From an uncultured Syntrophaceae bacterium (GTDB lineage Bacteria > Desulfobacterota > BSN033 > UBA1163), in contig CAZFDM010000301.1 in the NCBI GenBank assembly GCA_964517975.1, positions 1 to 53,736 on the forward strand: a DNA stretch of 53,736 nt. Reading direction: 5' to 3'. Positions 49,715 to 53,736 of this stretch are shown here, in pieces. Made by a program: the position numbers and the translations under genes. Numbering within the stretch: the stretch's first letter is position 1; each line of letters begins with the position of its first letter. Under the pieces are notes generated by a model that was not told the DNA's origin, did not search any database, and saw nothing but the letters and a program-made list of their open reading frames with translations.

Positions 49715-50488
49715 TTGACACTTGAACTGTTAGGGCTCAGTAAGACATTTTATGGGGCGAATGAGTCAGAAGCTGTCCATGCCTTAGACCATATTGAGTA
49801 TCGGATTGAGAGTGGACGATTCGTTGGAATCATCGGGCCAAGTGGATGTGGTAAGACGACGCTTCTTAGAATCATTGCAGGCTTAGAGAAGGCATCAGAG
49901 GGGAAGGTCCTTCTCGATGGGAAGGAGATGCTTCAGGGATCAGAAACAGTAGGAATGGTGTTTCAAGAATATGCACTTTTCCCCTGGAGAACGACTCTTC
50001 AAAATATTGAGATGGGTCTTGAGATCAGAGGAGTGGATAAAGAAAAGAGACGGTTGACCGCTATGGAATATATCAAGCAGTTTGGCCTAAGTGGGTTTGA
50101 AAACCGTTACCCTCGAGAACTTTCAGGCGGAATGAAACAGAGGGTGGCCATTGCAAGGACGCTAATTATGAACCCTAAGGTCGTTTTAATGGACGAACCC
50201 TTTGGCTCACTGGATAGTCAGACCCGCAATGGCATGCAGGAATTTCTCCTCAAGATATGGCAGGAGAGGGGTGATACTATCATTTTTGTGACACACAATG
50301 TGGATGAAGCGGTTTTTCTAAGTGATGAGATTGTGGTTCTTTCAAGAAGGCCTGGAAGAATCATCAAAAGGATTGAGGTGAACATCCCAAGACCAAGAGA
50401 TCGAACGAGTGAGGAGTGTAATAGAATCAGAAGAGATATTCTAAGAGTTTTAGAAGTGGAGATGAAGAAGGAGGAGAGAGAAAGATGA
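49715..50488 (+). CDS. NitT/TauT-family ABC ATPase
   Basis: GPSGCGKT, LSGGMKQR, MDEPFGSLD, VTH. Confidence 0.93.
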   Translation: MTLELLGLSKTFYGANESEAVHALDHIEYRIESGRFVGIIGPSGCGKTTLLRIIAGLEKASEGKVLLDGKEMLQGSETVGMVFQEYALFPWRTTLQNIEMGLEIRGVDKEKRRLTAMEYIKQFGLSGFENRYPRELSGGMKQRVAIARTLIMNPKVVLMDEPFGSLDSQTRNGMQEFLLKIWQERGDTIIFVTHNVDEAVFLSDEIVVLSRRPGRIIKRIEVNIPRPRDRTSEECNRIRRDILRVLEVEMKKEERER

Positions 50489-51081
50489 AGATTGTTGGTA
50501 TATCCTGTAGCCCCCGAAAGGGGAAAACAACATTCTATGCTTTAAAGACTTGTCTTCAGGCTGCCGAGGAGGTTTTGGCTGGGCTTAAGACCACCTTGAT
50601 TGAGCTTTCTGATATGAAAATCAATGGCTGTTTGGCCTGTGGGAAATGTATGAAGGTATTGGAATGCAGTCAGGAAGATGATTTTGCTAAGTTGATCCCC
50701 ATCCTTTCTGATCCTGAATTAGCAGGCCTTATTGTGGCCACGCCTGTCTATTTTGGCTCTATGTCCTCTCAGTGTAAGGCCTTTCTTGATCGATGTGTTA
50801 TGTTTAGGAGGAATGGATTTCTTCTTCGAGATAAAGTAGGAGGTGTCATTGCAGTTGGAGGGGCACGAAGTGGAGGACAGGAACTTGCTATTCAGGCAGT
50901 CCAGATGGCAATGCTCGTTCAGGATATGATTGTTGTCAGTGAAGGGAAGCCCACTGCCCATTTTGGTGCTACCCTTTGGAGCAGTCATCCAGATGGAATT
51001 GAGAAGGATTCATTTGGCCTTGAGACTGCCCGAAGCCTGGGTAAAAGGGTGGCTGAATTGGCCTCAAAGATTCATCGATAG
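50485..51081 (+). CDS. Iron-sulfur flavoprotein (Isf/flavodoxin family)
   Basis: SPRKGKT, CLACGKC..LEC, TPVYFG, GGQE. Confidence 0.85.
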   Translation: MKIVGISCSPRKGKTTFYALKTCLQAAEEVLAGLKTTLIELSDMKINGCLACGKCMKVLECSQEDDFAKLIPILSDPELAGLIVATPVYFGSMSSQCKAFLDRCVMFRRNGFLLRDKVGGVIAVGGARSGGQELAIQAVQMAMLVQDMIVVSEGKPTAHFGATLWSSHPDGIEKDSFGLETARSLGKRVAELASKIHR

Positions 51082-52593
51082 ATGGTCCAAGAATTCCTTA
51101 CAGAGCTTCAAAGTTATGGTTTACGTTTCGAGGGAGAACTCCTGAAACGAAGAGGAGGAGCAGGCCCCGCCGAAGGAGGAACATTTTTAATCGAAGGAAT
51201 TCCCATCTCTATTCCTATCAGTAGTCAATATGTTTCTAAGTCTCCTTATGTCTTAAGAGAGGAGGGAGGTCAATCGCTGATTTTTAAAGATAAGAAGGCG
51301 GTCTCCCCGGTCCATTTCATTGAAAGACCAAAATTTTATGATCAATCAACCAAAGATGGGGTTCCTTATCCCAAGATCGCTCTCCTACACGGAAAAGATT
51401 GCCTCGCCACCTCTGTCATTCAAACCTGCATCTATTGGAATACCCCCAAAAGATGTCATTTTTGCGGAATTGAACTCTCTTATAAAAATGGACAGACCTT
51501 AAAGACCAAAAGCCCCGAGCAACTGGCAGAGGTATCACGCAAGGCAATGGAGATTGATTCTGTCAAACATATTGTGCTGACCACGGGTGAGGTGAAACCA
51601 CCGGGGAAAGAGGTCTTTTATCTGAGCCGTTGTGCCAAGGCCCTGAGAGAAGCTACAGGACTGCCCATTCACGCCCAGTTCTTTCCTACTATCGATTCTG
51701 AGGGGCTTTATCAACTCAAGGAATCAGGAGTGGATACTGTAGGGATTCACATTGAAAGTTTTGATTTTGAAGCCCTTTCTCATGTGGCTCCTGCTAAGGC
51801 TCACCTTGGACTTAATCAATATGAAAAAGCCTGGAAAATGGCGGTTGAGATCTTTGGACCCAATCAGGTGAGTAGTTTCCTCATCGTTGGCATAGGAGAA
51901 AAACCCAATTCAGTCATTCAGGGAAGCGAATATCTTTCTGACTTAGGGGTCTATCCTTTTGTAGTTCCTTTAAGACCCATTCCTGGTTCGCTCATGGAGG
52001 ATAGCCTTCCTCCAGATCCAGGTCTGATGAAGAAAATATATGAAGAAGTGGCATCTATACTTCCGAAAAAGGGACTCTCTTCTTCGCAATCCCTTGCGGG
52101 TTGTGTTCGATGTGGGGCATGCTCTGTACTACACGCCTATGAGAAAGAACCGTACCATTTGATCTGCCATCCCGTAAGGACGAGGCGTGAGCAGGAGAAG
52201 GCCTTTGAAATCAGAAGGGAGGTCTTTGTAGAAGAGCAGAAGATTTTTTCAATCTCTGATCGTGATGAAAACGATTTAAAGAGTATCCATCTTGTAGCAG
52301 AATTGAATCGAGAGGTGATTGGAACCGTTCGGCTCTTTCCAGTGGACCGAAATGGTCACTGGGTTGGAGGAAGATTGGCAGTGAAGAAGAAGTTTAGACA
52401 TACAGGGGCGGGTGAGTTACTGGTTAAAGAGGCGATCAAATGTGTTAAGCAAAAGGGATGCAAAAAATTCACTGCCCACATTCAGGTTGAGAATGTCCCC
52501 TTCTTTTCACGATTGGGTTGGAAGACCATGGAGCCTGTCAAAGAGTATTTTGGTAAACCTCATCAACTGATGGAAGCCAATCTGGACGGCTAA
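51082..52593 (+). CDS. MSMEG_0568-family radical SAM protein fused to a C-terminal GNAT domain
   Basis: RRGGAGP, LATSVIQTC-x8-CxxC, PFVVPLRP, AGCVRCGACS; then IRREVFVEEQ..DEND..GRLAV..FF.RLGW. Confidence 0.85.
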   Translation: MVQEFLTELQSYGLRFEGELLKRRGGAGPAEGGTFLIEGIPISIPISSQYVSKSPYVLREEGGQSLIFKDKKAVSPVHFIERPKFYDQSTKDGVPYPKIALLHGKDCLATSVIQTCIYWNTPKRCHFCGIELSYKNGQTLKTKSPEQLAEVSRKAMEIDSVKHIVLTTGEVKPPGKEVFYLSRCAKALREATGLPIHAQFFPTIDSEGLYQLKESGVDTVGIHIESFDFEALSHVAPAKAHLGLNQYEKAWKMAVEIFGPNQVSSFLIVGIGEKPNSVIQGSEYLSDLGVYPFVVPLRPIPGSLMEDSLPPDPGLMKKIYEEVASILPKKGLSSSQSLAGCVRCGACSVLHAYEKEPYHLICHPVRTRREQEKAFEIRREVFVEEQKIFSISDRDENDLKSIHLVAELNREVIGTVRLFPVDRNGHWVGGRLAVKKKFRHTGAGELLVKEAIKCVKQKGCKKFTAHIQVENVPFFSRLGWKTMEPVKEYFGKPHQLMEANLDG

Positions 52594-52685
52594 CCGCAAG
52601 GCGCATAACGCAAGGCGTTAGGCGTAAAGGATTTGACCGTATACTCTATCTATTCGGAAAACCACGGTAAATCAGAGAGTCCTTT

Positions 52686-53684
52686 GTGAGTGTCAACTTA
52701 TCTCAGATTGTAAACAGAGTTCGTAGTTACGAAGGGCTTTTGCGTAAAAGGCCTATTGAGGATGTCTTTAATAGACTGGTTTTACAGGGTCAGTTAGGTT
52801 CACAACTTCCCAGCTATGGTGATGATGCGGCTGTGATTCCATGGAAGGACGGTTATTTACTTCTCGCTGCCGATGGCATCATGACCCGATTACTGATCAA
52901 TGAACCCTATGCGGCAGGGAAGGCCTCTGTGATGGTTACGGTCAATGACATCTATTCCATGGGTGGAAGGCCCCTGGCCATGGTCAATGTGCTAACAAGT
53001 GGAGATGAAGAACATCGAATCCAGGTGGTGGAAGGGATAAGAAAGGGTTGTGAGAAATTGAAAGTACCAATGGTGGGGGGCCATCTTCATCCCGAATCTC
53101 CAGGTGGAATCCCTTCATTATCCGTAGCAATCTTAGGCTATGCAAATAAACTCCTCCGGAGTCATCTTGCGCAGGTAGGGGATGATCTGATATTTGCAAC
53201 GGATCTAAAAGGGCAGAAAGGTTGTCATTCTGTGGTGAGCTGGGATGCAAACTCTCATAAAAGTTCTGAAGAATTGATTTATCGGCTGGAAGCCTTACCT
53301 CTCATTGCAGAGAAAGAATTGGCTCGGGCCTGCAAGGATGTGAGTAACGCTGGAATCCTGGGAACGGTTTCCATTATGTTAGAGAACTCTAACAAAGGGG
53401 GTATTATTGAACTTGAATCCATCCCCAAACCCACTGAGATTGAATTATCTGACTGGCTGGTCTGCTTTCAGAGTTTTGGTTTTGTTCTCTCTGTTTCTCC
53501 AAACAGATCTAAGGATGTCATCCATCTTTTTAGTGAGAGAGAGATTGATGCTTCAATCATAGGAAAGGTGATTAATGAGCCCATTATTACCTTAAAAAAC
53601 GGACCGGAATCCCGACTCCTTTTTGACTTTAGAAAGGATAAAATCACAGGGATTGTTTATCCTTCTAATCAATGGTCACGTTGA
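52686..53684 (+). CDS. sll0787-family AIR synthase-related protein
   Basis: GDDAA, LLLAADG, VNDIYSMGGRP, VGGH, KDVS.AG; follows the MSMEG_0568-type rSAM. Confidence 0.8.
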   Translation: MSVNLSQIVNRVRSYEGLLRKRPIEDVFNRLVLQGQLGSQLPSYGDDAAVIPWKDGYLLLAADGIMTRLLINEPYAAGKASVMVTVNDIYSMGGRPLAMVNVLTSGDEEHRIQVVEGIRKGCEKLKVPMVGGHLHPESPGGIPSLSVAILGYANKLLRSHLAQVGDDLIFATDLKGQKGCHSVVSWDANSHKSSEELIYRLEALPLIAEKELARACKDVSNAGILGTVSIMLENSNKGGIIELESIPKPTEIELSDWLVCFQSFGFVLSVSPNRSKDVIHLFSEREIDASIIGKVINEPIITLKNGPESRLLFDFRKDKITGIVYPSNQWSR

Positions 53685-53736
53685 GCTCATAATGATTCTG
53701 TTTCTTAGTGCATTCTATTAATCTAAATCCACATAC

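Overview
Bacterial chromosomal window from a strict anaerobe, probably Desulfobacterota-like (inferred from gene content), dominated by energy metabolism. In order: 3' end of a thiolase; a minus-strand mvhD-fdhB-like-fdhA-hdrA-hdrC-hdrB operon with four in-frame UGA codons at conserved Cys/Sec positions, each followed by a SECIS-like hairpin; a truncated and a full nfo flanking an AbiEi/AbiEii pair; nfnAB; and a complex I operon (nuoABCD-[sfrB-sfrA]-nuoHIJKLMN). In that operon NuoEFG are replaced by an SfrAB-like NADPH module, and NuoB has an in-frame UGA plus SECIS-like hairpin at an N2-cluster ligand. Next is an IS1111-type IS110 element inserted into a REP-like palindrome, whose bridge-RNA target and donor guides can be read directly from the sequence. 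Then come a second AbiEii-type pair, ftsEX-envC-ctpA-yibQ and several small genes. A long plus-strand run follows: degenerate AOR, BPL-N amidase, a NarI/Rieske/cytochrome b6/subunit IV/cytochrome c-HdrD hybrid complex, an ABC transporter, an iron-sulfur flavoprotein, a MSMEG_0568-type radical SAM-GNAT fusion and a sll0787-type AIR-synthase-like protein. The best candidates for new biology are the selenocysteine NuoB, the SfrAB complex I, the Rieske/b-HdrD hybrid and the REP-targeting bridge RNA. All family calls come from motif recognition by eye; no searches were run.
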